From: Acidimicrobiales bacterium
GTDB taxonomy: Bacteria; Actinomycetota; Acidimicrobiia; Acidimicrobiales; Aldehydirespiratoraceae
Assembly (NCBI GenBank): GCA_049437325.1
Contig: JBMTIM010000006.1
Coordinates: 3,453 to 67,452, forward strand
Length of the DNA stretch: 64,000 nucleotides
Reading direction: 5' to 3'
In this document: positions 25,280 through 34,834 of the stretch, one piece after another
How positions within the stretch are numbered: the stretch's first letter is position 1
How the letters are laid out: each line of letters starts with the position of its first letter
Program-made: the position numbers and the translations under genes
Notes under the pieces: model-generated
The model's input: the letters and a program-made list of their open reading frames with translations, nothing else
Told to the model about the DNA's origin: nothing
Databases searched by the model: none

Positions 25280-28066
25280 GTGCAACCGGGCGTGACAGAC
25301 GACCTCGGTCGTTGGCTCGTGCAGCGACGTGCGACCGGTAGCGTCATCGGCGTGCGCCGTTCCTTTTCCTCCGACGGGGCCTCTGCCGATCGCCCTCGCC
25401 TGATCACTCGCCCGGCACTCGCCGCCACACGGCGACCCCGGATGACGGTGATCGTCTGGCTCCTTCTGCTGGCGACCGGCGTCTACGCCTACACGACGGG
25501 CCTCGCTCGAGAGGGTTTCCCCCCGGTCAACCTTCCCATCGCCGTGGTCAACGCCCCCTACTTCGTCGACGACGAACGAATCGTCGACCAAGAGCTCGCA
25601 GTTCCCGTCTACGAGGCGTACGGCCATCTCGCCGGGGTCGAATCGGTTTCGACGTTCAGCCGACCCGATGGCTTTGCAGCCGTGTTCGAGTTCGACACAT
25701 CGCTTTCGTCGGCCGACGGTGTCGCACTCCTCGAAGCCGCCGATCCCCCATCGCTGCCTGGCGGCGTCGCACTGTCGATCGAAGCCATCGACGCCACGAA
25801 GTTCCTCGAAACCTACGACCTTGTCGTCACGGTGATCGGGCCAGCCACGGCAACCGCCGAGGCGCTCGAGGCGCAGGCTGCAATCGTGGCTGATGCTCTG
25901 GTCCCGCTCGAGACCGTCGAGGCGACCGAGGTCGTCGAACTCCTGACCGAGTCGATCGACCCGGTGACGGGTGCGCCGGTGATTCGCCGAACGGCGTACA
26001 CCCGCTACGCCGAACAGGGCAGCGCCGCCGGTACCGAATCGGTACTGGTCGGCGTGATCCGCAACATCGACACCGATGCCGATGTCCTCGACTTCTCCGA
26101 CGAGATCCAGAACCGTCTCGATGCCGGGCTCGATCTCGACCCCGACTACCGGGCGGTGATCGGCGCCGACTTCGCAAGCGACGTTCGTGCCCAGCTCACC
26201 AACCTCACCAGCAACCTTCTCGTCGGCCTCATCGCCGTCGCCATCGTCAGCTACCTGCTGATCGGTTGGCGTACTGCGCTGGTCACCGCCGTGTTCATGG
26301 CGACCGTGATGCTCGTCACGATGATCGGGCTCTGGCTGATCGGGTACTCGTTGAACACGATCACCTTCTTTGCGCTCGTGCTGACCCTGGGACTGCTCGT
26401 CGATGATGCGATCGTGATCAGCGAGTCGATCGATGCCAACCGTGACGACGGTGACCTCGACGATGCTGCGAGCCTCGGAATCGTTCGGCGTGCGCTCGAC
26501 CGGGTTGGGGCAGCATCGTTCGCCGGCACACTTTCGACCCTGACCGTCTTCGCCCCGATGGCCTTCGTCACCGGCCTTCTCGGCGAGTTCATCCGTCCCG
26601 TACCGATCACGGTCATGGTCACACTCGCACTGTCGTTCGTCCTCTCGGTCACGCTCATTCCGGCGCTCGGGCGCCTCTTCATCCTCGGTGGGCGTTCGCC
26701 GGGTCCTCTCGTCGGCGCGCAACGATTCGTGGGTCGCTCGTTGGCCCGCCTCGCCCGCTATCCGTCGGGCAACGGATGGCGAGGACGGGCGGTCGGTGCC
26801 GGGGTGTTCTTCGGCGCCATCGTGCTGATCGTGCTCGGTGTGGGGGCTGCGGGCAGGGTCGGTTTCAACATTTTCCCGCCCGCCAAGGACTCCAACCAAC
26901 TGCAGGTGAGTGTCGATTTCGACCCGGGAACGACCATCGATGATGCCCGGCTGATCCAAGCCGAGATCGACGAAATCGTCATCGAGGCACTCGGCGACGG
27001 CCTCGACCGCTACCAAGTGATCGAAGGCAACGCGCGGCGGGCGTTCGCGTTCGTCGAACTCACCCCGTTCAGCGATCGTGCAATCGCCTCACCCACGTAC
27101 GCCGAGCGGATCGAAGCAGCGACCGCCGACATCGAGGGGGCGCGCGTCGGATCCAACCCGGTCAGCAACGGACCACCTGCATCCGACTTCCCGTTCCGGG
27201 TCCAGATCATGTTCGAAGCGGGCCAGGAAACTGCAGCCCTCGAACTGGCCGACGAGATCGCTGCAACCCTGCCGGGAATGGCGCTCGACAAACCGACGGG
27301 CGATCGCACCATGGTCGGTACCACGTTCGTCGCATCCGCCGAGCAGGTGTGGCGCATCGACGGCGAACCGATGATCGAGGTACGCGCTCAGTTCGACACC
27401 GACGACACCACCGGCAACCTGACAGCAGCCGAGGCACTTCTTACCCAGCGGTATCCGGCCGATGCACTTCGGGCCCGGGGACTCGACGCCGGCGCGCTCG
27501 CCTTCGACTTCGGCCTCGAGTCGGACAACCAAGACGATTTCGCCGCACTCGGTATTGCGCTCGTCGCGGCGATCATCCTCACGATTGCGTTCCTCACGAT
27601 CCAGTTCCGCTCGTTGATCCAACCGCTTCTGGTGTTTCTCGCCGTGCCGTTCAGTTTCTTTGGCGTCTTCACCCTGCTCGAACGAACGGACAACCCGCTG
27701 AGCTTCTTCGTGATGGTCGGGTTCATCGCATTGATCGGCGTAGCCGTCAACAACACGATCCTGCTGGTCGATGCGGCCAACCAGGAACGGCGCGCCGGAT
27801 CGACCCCAGCCGAGGCGATCGGCACCGCAATCGAGCGGCGCTTCCGCCCGCTCCTCGTGACGACGGCGACGACCGTGGCCGGCCTGCTGCCGTTGGCACT
27901 CGCCGATCCCTTCTGGGAGTCGTTGTGTTTCGTGCTGATCGGCGGTCTGATCAGTTCGACCTTCTTGGTGCTCACCGCGTTCCCTGCGATGTATCTCGGC
28001 ATCGCTGCTGTGCGGTCACGGACCCGCAGACTGTTCGGCCGTCAAGATGCCTTCGCAGCTCGCTGA
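25280..28066 (+). CDS. RND superfamily efflux transporter permease (AcrB-like)
   Basis: There are 12 TM-like segments in two halves. GLLVDDAIVISESI and LIGVAVNNTILLVDAANQ are typical of AcrB/HAE proteins. The start is uncertain (GTG 25280 or a downstream GTG). Confidence 0.85.
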   Translation: MQPGVTDDLGRWLVQRRATGSVIGVRRSFSSDGASADRPRLITRPALAATRRPRMTVIVWLLLLATGVYAYTTGLAREGFPPVNLPIAVVNAPYFVDDERIVDQELAVPVYEAYGHLAGVESVSTFSRPDGFAAVFEFDTSLSSADGVALLEAADPPSLPGGVALSIEAIDATKFLETYDLVVTVIGPATATAEALEAQAAIVADALVPLETVEATEVVELLTESIDPVTGAPVIRRTAYTRYAEQGSAAGTESVLVGVIRNIDTDADVLDFSDEIQNRLDAGLDLDPDYRAVIGADFASDVRAQLTNLTSNLLVGLIAVAIVSYLLIGWRTALVTAVFMATVMLVTMIGLWLIGYSLNTITFFALVLTLGLLVDDAIVISESIDANRDDGDLDDAASLGIVRRALDRVGAASFAGTLSTLTVFAPMAFVTGLLGEFIRPVPITVMVTLALSFVLSVTLIPALGRLFILGGRSPGPLVGAQRFVGRSLARLARYPSGNGWRGRAVGAGVFFGAIVLIVLGVGAAGRVGFNIFPPAKDSNQLQVSVDFDPGTTIDDARLIQAEIDEIVIEALGDGLDRYQVIEGNARRAFAFVELTPFSDRAIASPTYAERIEAATADIEGARVGSNPVSNGPPASDFPFRVQIMFEAGQETAALELADEIAATLPGMALDKPTGDRTMVGTTFVASAEQVWRIDGEPMIEVRAQFDTDDTTGNLTAAEALLTQRYPADALRARGLDAGALAFDFGLESDNQDDFAALGIALVAAIILTIAFLTIQFRSLIQPLLVFLAVPFSFFGVFTLLERTDNPLSFFVMVGFIALIGVAVNNTILLVDAANQERRAGSTPAEAIGTAIERRFRPLLVTTATTVAGLLPLALADPFWESLCFVLIGGLISSTFLVLTAFPAMYLGIAAVRSRTRRLFGRQDAFAAR

Positions 28067-28078
28067 GGCACCACCGGG

Positions 28079-28297
28079 TCACAAGAGCAGCAGCACTCCC
28101 TCCACCGCTCGCCACAGCAGATAGGCACCAGCCGCCGCAACGCCGACCCAGAAGTGCCACGGCGTGGGCGGAATGTCGTGGGGTTGGTGACGAACCCCCG
28201 GCGTGCCCTCGAGCGGGTCACCACAATCGGGACACGTGCCATCGGAGCCGACCGACGTGGGCGTCCAGTTCTTCTCGCATGGCTCGCACCAGGGCAC
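28079..28297 (-). CDS. small zinc-ribbon membrane protein (hypothetical)
   Basis: MPWCEPCEKNW...CPDCG (CxxC x2) followed by one TM (WHFWVGVAAAGAYLLWRAV). Third codon positions are G/C-rich. Confidence 0.5.
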   Translation of the reverse strand: MPWCEPCEKNWTPTSVGSDGTCPDCGDPLEGTPGVRHQPHDIPPTPWHFWVGVAAAGAYLLWRAVEGVLLLL

Positions 28298-28371
28298 GGG
28301 GTGAGGTTACGAGCAGCGGGTCGGTTGTGCGTCGCCGAACGCCGGTGGATCGCTGCGTTGCGCCGAGCGTT

Positions 28372-29457
28372 TCAGTCCCGACGGACGACCATGATCGCTG
28401 TGTCGTCATCGATGACACCACCGGCATGATCCTTGGCGGCGTCGAGCAGCGCCTTGCAGAGCACATCAGGAGGTGCATTGAGTTCACGTTCGGCGGTCCT
28501 GATGATGCGATCCTCCCCGAACAGTGAGCCACCAGCACGAGCCTCGGCCAGGCCGTCGGTGTACATGACGACAAGGTCACCGGATTCCATAGGGATCTCG
28601 CGCGAGAAGTACTGGGCCTTCGGGTCGAGCATCAACAGCGGACCGGTGGACCGCAACGGCAACACACCGTCTTCCTGAAACAGGAAAAACGCAGGGTGGC
28701 CGGCCGATGCGTACCGAAGCGTGCCCGCCTCGGTGTCGAACACCACGACCGCACAGGAGATGAACTCTTCGTGGCGGTCACCGGCTGCGAGCTGTTCGTT
28801 GAGTTCCTCGAACGCCTGCGCAGGATCGCGGAACTGGCGAAGGAAGACTCGCAGCAGATACTTGGCCTGGAAGGCGGTGATCGACGATTCGATCCCGTGT
28901 CCGGCGACGTCGCCGATCACTGCGGCGACCCGGGAGGGCCCGACACGATGCACATCGAAGAAGTCGCCAGCCATGAGACCTGAGCCGGCTTGATAGACGC
29001 GGCCGATCTCGAAGCCGGCGAAGTCGGGAACCTCTTCCGGGGCAAGACGGGCGGCCCACGCCTTGGGGGCGAGCTGTTCCTGCTCGAGTGCCTCTCCGGC
29101 TCGACGTTCGAGATCCCATCGGTTGCGCGCCATCCGCGACTCACGAACCGACAGACGGGCCCACCACAGCGAGGCGAACGCCGGGATCGCCATGACGCCG
29201 AGGACGACGGCGACGTCGTTGCTGCCGACAAACGCCATGGCAGCCGCAACCGGTGTGAGCAGGGCGTACACGATTGCCGAATGGGCCTCCTTGCGGAACG
29301 CAGAGAACGCAAGGGAGTGAGCTTCGACATCTCGATTTTCGGCACCGTCGATCAGGCGAACGACACGAAACCGAAGCCGGGCCGATCGCACGTAGACGAG
29401 TGCCGCGAGGAGACAGACGACAGCGAGGCCGGTGAGAACGTACTGGGTGAAGGTCAC
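28372..29457 (-). CDS. PP2C/SpoIIE family serine phosphatase with N-terminal TM region
   Basis: Three N-terminal TM segments, then GDFFDV, GDVAGHGIESS, SAGHP and MYTDGLAEAR motifs. Confidence 0.85.
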   Translation of the reverse strand: MTFTQYVLTGLAVVCLLAALVYVRSARLRFRVVRLIDGAENRDVEAHSLAFSAFRKEAHSAIVYALLTPVAAAMAFVGSNDVAVVLGVMAIPAFASLWWARLSVRESRMARNRWDLERRAGEALEQEQLAPKAWAARLAPEEVPDFAGFEIGRVYQAGSGLMAGDFFDVHRVGPSRVAAVIGDVAGHGIESSITAFQAKYLLRVFLRQFRDPAQAFEELNEQLAAGDRHEEFISCAVVVFDTEAGTLRYASAGHPAFFLFQEDGVLPLRSTGPLLMLDPKAQYFSREIPMESGDLVVMYTDGLAEARAGGSLFGEDRIIRTAERELNAPPDVLCKALLDAAKDHAGGVIDDDTAIMVVRRD

Positions 29458-29504
29458 AGGGGTTCTCCTTCCGAGGAAGGTTCTCTCATCGTAGCGGCTG
29501 GGCG

Positions 29505-30812
29505 TTAGTCGTTGCGGCGACGCACCCGGAGCTTGATCGGCGTCGAACCGAGATCGAAATCTTCTCGAAGCTTTCGTTCCAGGTATCTGATGTAGGTCGG
29601 AGGCAGTTCACGATTCGCAAACAGCGTGAACGTCGGCGGGTCCGTTGCCCCCTGCGTGGCGTACAGCACTCGGGCACCGTGGGGCGCCGGCTGGGCCGAT
29701 TGGGCAGCACGAATCGATTTGTTGACGTCGCGGGTCGGTATCCGGGTTCGGTAGTCACCAACCGCCTGCTGAAGCTGTGGCCACAGTCGATTGACTCCCT
29801 TTCCCGACAGCGCCGACATCCGCAGTACAGGTGGACTCCCGAGAAAGCCGAGTTTTCGCTCGACGTCGCGTCCGACCTGCTCGCGCTGCTCGGTGTTGAG
29901 GAGCTCCCACTTGTTCAAGATGACAACGATCGGGCACCCGGCACCATCAACGCGTTCGGCGAGTCGCTGGTCCTGGTGGGTCACACCGATGGTCGCATCG
30001 ACCACCAGGAGCGCAACATCAGACTCGTCGACCGCCTTCAGCGCTCGCACCAGGGAGTAGTACTCGGTGTCCTCGTCGATCTTCGCCTTGCGTCGCATCC
30101 CGGCGGTGTCGACGAAGCGAATCGGCCCGGTCTCTGTCTCGACGATCGTGTCGATTGCGTCTCGAGTCGTGCCTGGACGGTCGTGGACGACAGCCCGTTC
30201 CTCCCCGATCAGGCGATTGAACAGCGTGGACTTTCCCACGTTGGGTCGTCCGACCAACGACACCGAGTAGAGCTCGGGATCGTCGAGCAGTGGGTTCTCG
30301 GGCTCGCTGTCGCTCCCCTCTGGGAGAAGCGAAATCAGATGGTCGAGCAGATCGCCGGTTCCCTTGCCGTGAAGAGCACTGACCGGAAACGGCTCACCGA
30401 GACCGAGGCCCATGAACTCCCAGATCGCGGCCGCGTGCCCGGCATCGTCGACCTTGTTTGCGACGACGATCACCGGCGACTCGCTTCGACGAAGGAGCAG
30501 CGCGACCCGTTCGTCCTCGGGGGTCACGCCGACCGTGGCGTCGACGACGAGCACCACGACCTCGGCGGCCCGCATCGCCTGTTCGGACTGGGCACTGACC
30601 TTGTCGTCGAGCGAGTCGCCATCGGCGATCCAGCCGCCGGTGTCGAGGAGGGTGAAGTAATGGCCCTGCCACTCGCCATCGACGGCCTTTCGATCTCGTG
30701 TGACACCAGGGCGTTCCTCGACGATCGCTTCTCGACGTCCGATGATGCGGTTCACCAGCGTGGACTTGCCGACGTTGGGACGACCGACGATGGCAACAAC
30801 GGGAAGATTCAT
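29505..30812 (-). CDS. der: ribosome biogenesis GTPase Der (EngA)
   Basis: Two tandem GTPase domains (GRPNVGKST twice, DTGG/DTAG, NKVD/NKWE) and a KH-like C-terminus. Confidence 0.95.
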   Translation of the reverse strand: MNLPVVAIVGRPNVGKSTLVNRIIGRREAIVEERPGVTRDRKAVDGEWQGHYFTLLDTGGWIADGDSLDDKVSAQSEQAMRAAEVVVLVVDATVGVTPEDERVALLLRRSESPVIVVANKVDDAGHAAAIWEFMGLGLGEPFPVSALHGKGTGDLLDHLISLLPEGSDSEPENPLLDDPELYSVSLVGRPNVGKSTLFNRLIGEERAVVHDRPGTTRDAIDTIVETETGPIRFVDTAGMRRKAKIDEDTEYYSLVRALKAVDESDVALLVVDATIGVTHQDQRLAERVDGAGCPIVVILNKWELLNTEQREQVGRDVERKLGFLGSPPVLRMSALSGKGVNRLWPQLQQAVGDYRTRIPTRDVNKSIRAAQSAQPAPHGARVLYATQGATDPPTFTLFANRELPPTYIRYLERKLREDFDLGSTPIKLRVRRRND

Positions 30813-32209
30813 GCTCGCTCCAATGCGGTGCGAAGCGCGGCACCGTCGGTCGAAATGACGTCGACCGGACGCGGAAGCTCGGCCACGCTCATGCCGTCGA
30901 GGAACACCCCACGGCTCAAGCAGACGTCGGGCAGAAGATAGCGGTGCCCCTCGGGTTCACCGGAGAGGACACGGGCGACATCCTCGCCCACCATCAGACC
31001 GGTCACGCCGATGTTGCCGCCGAAGAACTCGTTGGGCACCGGTATCACCCGCACATCGGAACGCCCGACCGAGGCGACGAGAGGGGCGATGACCGGAGCC
31101 CCCAGTGTGCCGGTGAGGATCCCGATCGGCGCATCTCGACGCACCGACAGTGCCACGGGTGTCGGCGCGACCGTGCCACTCGAAACAGCAAGGGCCGGCG
31201 AGCCCTGGCGCGGTGCTCGATACCCGTCGGCCGGCGCGCCGTCCACCCACGCAAAGAAGCCGGCCCTGGGACCTGTCGCCTCGGTGATGGTCGAATCGTG
31301 GAACTCGAGTTCGAGTGTGCGGGCCATGCCGATGCCGTCCTCGTGCATTGCGAACCCCTCGTACGTGTCGGCCGGAGGAAAGGGCCGACCCGCCATCAGG
31401 TAGTACTCGTCACCGGCGAAGACCATCCGCCTACCGATCGCCTCGAGAAAGTGTCCTTGCCACTCGACGACGAGTTCGACGACTCGGCGTGCCTCATCGA
31501 TGGTGTGCTCGCGCATGCGACGCTGGGACGAGAACCTCGAGATGCCGAGCGGAACGACAGCGACCGACGCAAGTTCCGGAAAGCGTTCGAGGACGCCGGC
31601 GAGCGTGTCGTCGAGCACGTCGCCGTCGTTGACCCCCGGGCACACGACGATTTGTCCGTGCACCTCGATGCCGTGGTCGAGCAGTGCTCGTAGCCAGCGC
31701 AAGGAGACGGCGCCTCGTCGATTCTGCAGGATGTCAGCCCGGATATCGGGGTCGGTGGCGTGGATCGAGACATTGAGCGGCGAGAGTCGTTCGGTGACGA
31801 CCCGCTCGAGATCCAGTTCGGTGAACCGCGTGAGCGTCGTGAAGTTGCCGTACAGGAACGAGAGGCGATAGTCGTCGTCTTTCAAGTAGAGCGATCGCCG
31901 CATGCCCTTCGGCAACTGATGGATGAAGCAGAACTCACAGTGGTTGTCGCAGGTCTGGACCTTGTCGAAGATCGCTGCGTGTACTTCGGCCCCCATCGGT
32001 TCGCCGAACTGCTTCTGCACGACCACGTCGAAGCGTTGCTCGTCGCGAATCACGACCAGCGGCACCTCTGCGTCATCGGTGAGGATCTGCCAACGGATCA
32101 CGTCACGAGGCACCTCGCCGTTGATTGCGAGGATCTCATCACCGGGCTCGAGGCCGGCCCGAGCTGCGGGTGAGTCGGGATCGATCGCCACCACGCGCGG
32201 ACTGCTCAC
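30809..32209 (-). CDS. PDZ plus DUF512 (radical-SAM-like) protein
   Basis: N-terminal PDZ (SPAARAGLEPGDEILAING), then CDNHCEFCFIHQ and YLKDDDYRLSFLYGNFTTLT. The 4-nt overlap with der is typical of the actinobacterial arrangement. Confidence 0.85.
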   Translation of the reverse strand: MSSPRVVAIDPDSPAARAGLEPGDEILAINGEVPRDVIRWQILTDDAEVPLVVIRDEQRFDVVVQKQFGEPMGAEVHAAIFDKVQTCDNHCEFCFIHQLPKGMRRSLYLKDDDYRLSFLYGNFTTLTRFTELDLERVVTERLSPLNVSIHATDPDIRADILQNRRGAVSLRWLRALLDHGIEVHGQIVVCPGVNDGDVLDDTLAGVLERFPELASVAVVPLGISRFSSQRRMREHTIDEARRVVELVVEWQGHFLEAIGRRMVFAGDEYYLMAGRPFPPADTYEGFAMHEDGIGMARTLELEFHDSTITEATGPRAGFFAWVDGAPADGYRAPRQGSPALAVSSGTVAPTPVALSVRRDAPIGILTGTLGAPVIAPLVASVGRSDVRVIPVPNEFFGGNIGVTGLMVGEDVARVLSGEPEGHRYLLPDVCLSRGVFLDGMSVAELPRPVDVISTDGAALRTALERA

Positions 32210-32289
32210 CCCCTAAGGCTAGCTCTCGAAGCGGCAACTATTCACACATCGTTAGCATTTTTCATAGCTTTTCATATACTCTTGCACCC
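32210..32289. promoter_or_regulatory. AT-rich divergent intergenic region with direct repeat TTTTCATA-GC-TTTTCATA
   Basis: The only clearly AT-rich stretch I noticed in the window. Repeats lie at 32258..32266 and 32269..32276, directly upstream of the ATG at 32290. A promoter or operator role is inferred. Confidence 0.3.
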
Positions 32290-33390
32290 ATGACCGACAG
32301 TCAGCACGCAACTGCAACGACCGTCACGATGGACGGTGGTCGGCTGATTGCCGTCTCCTCCGCCTACGGATCCGTCGACTGCGATCGACTCCGCAACGAG
32401 GCCGAGATTCTTCGGCAACTCGATCATCCGGGAGTCGTTCGCCTCGTCGATCACACCGAGGGTCCGCCCGCGCGTCTCCGCACGATCTTCGTCGGTCCAG
32501 AAACATGGCGCACCGAGCCACCCATCGACGAGGAGGTCGCTTCTTCGCTCTCCGCTGTGTGTGCAACGGTTGCCGACATCCACGACTTGGGCCTGACCCA
32601 CGGCGACCTTCGAGCCGAACATGTTCTCGTCGATCCCAATGGGACGCCCGTGCTGTGCGGTTTCGCTCGGGCAATGGCTGCCGACTCGACCACCATCGCC
32701 GCCGATGTCGAAGCACTGGTGTCGTTGGGCCGAGAACTCGCGCCGCGAGCAGGTGTTGAGCGAACTGCGATCGAGACCATCCTTGCCGCGCTCGAGGCAG
32801 GACGAGAGGACCTCCGGGGGACCATTCGCAGCCTCGACCAGCGCCGACTCCCGCCGGCGTCACCTGCTGGCTCGATCGATCAGCGCGCGATCGCCGCAGC
32901 CGGCGGCTGCCTCGCCGTGATGAGCATCGTTGCGCTGATCGCCGTAGTGGTGCTGCGTTCAACCGACAGCACGACGCCACCGCAGGCGATAGTCGAACCG
33001 AGCCCCGAACTCGTGGAAGATGCGTTCCCGACCACCATCGCGCCAGCAGCAGTCGTGTCGGCCGATCCCCCGACCGTCCCCCGTCCGGCGCCAAACGCCC
33101 TGGAACTTCGCCACGAAGGCCGACGCTACGCGCTCGGTCGGACCGGAGACATCGTCGTCGTGGGCGATTGGAACTGCGACGGTAGCCCGACACCCGCCCT
33201 TCTTCGACCAACGACTGGCGCGGTCGCCGTGTTCGGCCACTGGCCCGCAGCACGAGCAACGGTCGAACCTGTCGTCGCGACGGTCGTCACCGACGCAATC
33301 GATCTCGTCGTAACCGACCAGGAATGCCCGCTCCTCCGCGTCGTCACCTCGACCGGATCGCGCCTCATCACCCCTCCGGAGTCCTCATGA
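32290..33390 (+). CDS. membrane-anchored degenerate protein kinase-like protein (pseudokinase) with extracytoplasmic C-terminal domain
   Basis: NEAEILRQLDHPGVVRL (helix C region) and LTHGDLRAEHVLVD (HxD loop) are kinase-like. No VAIK lysine is seen, and DFG is replaced by CGF. There is one TM (AIAAAGGCLAVMSIVALIAVVVL) and a C-terminal GDWNCDG segment. Confidence 0.6.
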   Translation: MTDSQHATATTVTMDGGRLIAVSSAYGSVDCDRLRNEAEILRQLDHPGVVRLVDHTEGPPARLRTIFVGPETWRTEPPIDEEVASSLSAVCATVADIHDLGLTHGDLRAEHVLVDPNGTPVLCGFARAMAADSTTIAADVEALVSLGRELAPRAGVERTAIETILAALEAGREDLRGTIRSLDQRRLPPASPAGSIDQRAIAAAGGCLAVMSIVALIAVVVLRSTDSTTPPQAIVEPSPELVEDAFPTTIAPAAVVSADPPTVPRPAPNALELRHEGRRYALGRTGDIVVVGDWNCDGSPTPALLRPTTGAVAVFGHWPAARATVEPVVATVVTDAIDLVVTDQECPLLRVVTSTGSRLITPPESS

Positions 33391-34145
33391 ACCGCTCAGA
33401 ACCACTCGCTGTCCTCCTGCTTGCCATCGTCGCGCTGGCCGCCCTGGCGGCGATCCCGGCCCCACCACTCCCGAACACGTTCACCTCACCCACCACCGTG
33501 ATCGAGTGGTGGCAACACAACGGACCGGGGGCCGCCATCGCCCTGATCCGCCTCACCATGATGGTCGGATTCACCTATCTGGGAGCAATCGCCGGGCTCT
33601 TTGCGCTCGGCGGCATGCGCGGGCTGACCAGGTTCCGCCAGATAGCCCTTCTGGCCTGCTCACCAGGGCTTCGTCGTCGACTGTCGACCGCTGCACTCAC
33701 GCTCGCGATCGCAACAACCCCGGCAACAGCACATGCCAGGCCATCCGACGGTGACACCTCCACCATGCGCTCCGGACCCGGTACCGACTCGGTCGTACCT
33801 TCGACGTTGTTCGATCTCGAACCAATCCTGCTCACCGACCTCGGACCAGTGATGGTTACGCCGGCCACCGACGTCAGTCCCGAGGACGCGCTTCTCGAAC
33901 GCCGGATGACCCCGATCACCCCTGATGACAGCAAACGCGCTTCTTTCTGGGTCGTTCAACCCGGTGACAATCTCTGGACGATCGCCGAGAAGACCCTGGC
34001 GTCGACCGGCGCGACAACCAGCGTCGATGTGATCGCCACGTACTGGCGCCGCGTGATCGCCCTGAACGAGGCAATCCTGAACGCCAATCCGAATCTGATT
34101 CACGCAGGGCAGAGCATCGCCCTGCCACCGGTCACTCAGGACTGA
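33387..34145 (+). CDS. membrane protein with C-terminal LysM domain
   Basis: The ATG overlaps the upstream stop (ATGA). It has N-terminal TM segments and a C-terminal LysM pattern: VVQPGDNLWTIAEKTL...YWRRVIALN...NPNLIHAGQSIALP. Confidence 0.7.
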   Translation: MNRSEPLAVLLLAIVALAALAAIPAPPLPNTFTSPTTVIEWWQHNGPGAAIALIRLTMMVGFTYLGAIAGLFALGGMRGLTRFRQIALLACSPGLRRRLSTAALTLAIATTPATAHARPSDGDTSTMRSGPGTDSVVPSTLFDLEPILLTDLGPVMVTPATDVSPEDALLERRMTPITPDDSKRASFWVVQPGDNLWTIAEKTLASTGATTSVDVIATYWRRVIALNEAILNANPNLIHAGQSIALPPVTQD

Positions 34146-34672
34146 TAGGCCAGACCGAGCGCATCGACCCGCGGAATCGCTTCGTCCACCGAAGTACCGA
34201 GGATTGCGGCGAGCGCCTGCAGGTCTTGCGATCGGATGGTGAGTACCCGGCCGTTGAAATCCTGGCGCTGCACCTGGATCATCTCGAGAAAACGGTTGAG
34301 CATGTCGGCCTCGGGGCCAGACAACGCGTCGAGTCGGCTGAGATCGATCGTGATCGGACCGGCCTCCCGGCTCGAGGAACTCTCGGAGAGGTCGATCACC
34401 TCGGCATCCCCGGCCAGCACACCAAAGGACGGACCAACATCGGCTGGGAGGAGCTGATCGACCGGCACGCTGTAGAAGCGGGCGAGGCGCTGCAGGCGTG
34501 GCACCGAGATGGAACGCTCGCCGCGTTCATAGGCCCCGAGAACCGACGCTTTGAATTCCTGAACCGAGACCGCTTCGACCTCTTGCAGTGACAGCCGCTT
34601 TTGGCGACGGATAGCGCGCAGTCGTTCGCCAACACGCTTGCTGTACTCCTGGCTCATGTTGAGATCCGACAT
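34136..34672 (-). CDS. bldD: BldD-like XRE-family transcriptional regulator with c-di-GMP-binding signature
   Basis: The N-terminus MSQEYSKRVGERLRAIRRQKRLSLQEVE...GAYERGERSISVPRLQRLARFYSVPVDQLLP closely parallels the Streptomyces BldD DNA-binding domain. The C-terminal RQD-FNGRVLTI-RSQD is RxD-X8-RxxD (34223..34267). GGAGG lies upstream of the ATG at 34672. Confidence 0.75.
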   Translation of the reverse strand: MSDLNMSQEYSKRVGERLRAIRRQKRLSLQEVEAVSVQEFKASVLGAYERGERSISVPRLQRLARFYSVPVDQLLPADVGPSFGVLAGDAEVIDLSESSSSREAGPITIDLSRLDALSGPEADMLNRFLEMIQVQRQDFNGRVLTIRSQDLQALAAILGTSVDEAIPRVDALGLAYQS

Positions 34673-34735
34673 CTGACCTGCACCTCCGAACCGGCTGACT
34701 CCGAACAACGATGTCCCGGAGCCTGCCGACCACAC

Positions 34736-34779
34736 CACCCTCACGATTTGTGGGAGCACTGCTACGCACCGTGAGGGTG
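34736..34779. promoter_or_regulatory. 10-bp perfect inverted repeat CACCCTCACG-N24-CGTGAGGGTG between rsmE and bldD
   Basis: Read directly from the sequence. It lies 56 nt downstream of the rsmE stop and 64-107 nt upstream of the bldD start. It could be a terminator or an operator. Confidence 0.35.
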
Positions 34780-34834
34780 ACACTAGGCGACAGCACGCCG
34801 CCGTTCAATGATCTCCCACGAAGCGTGGCGGCTT

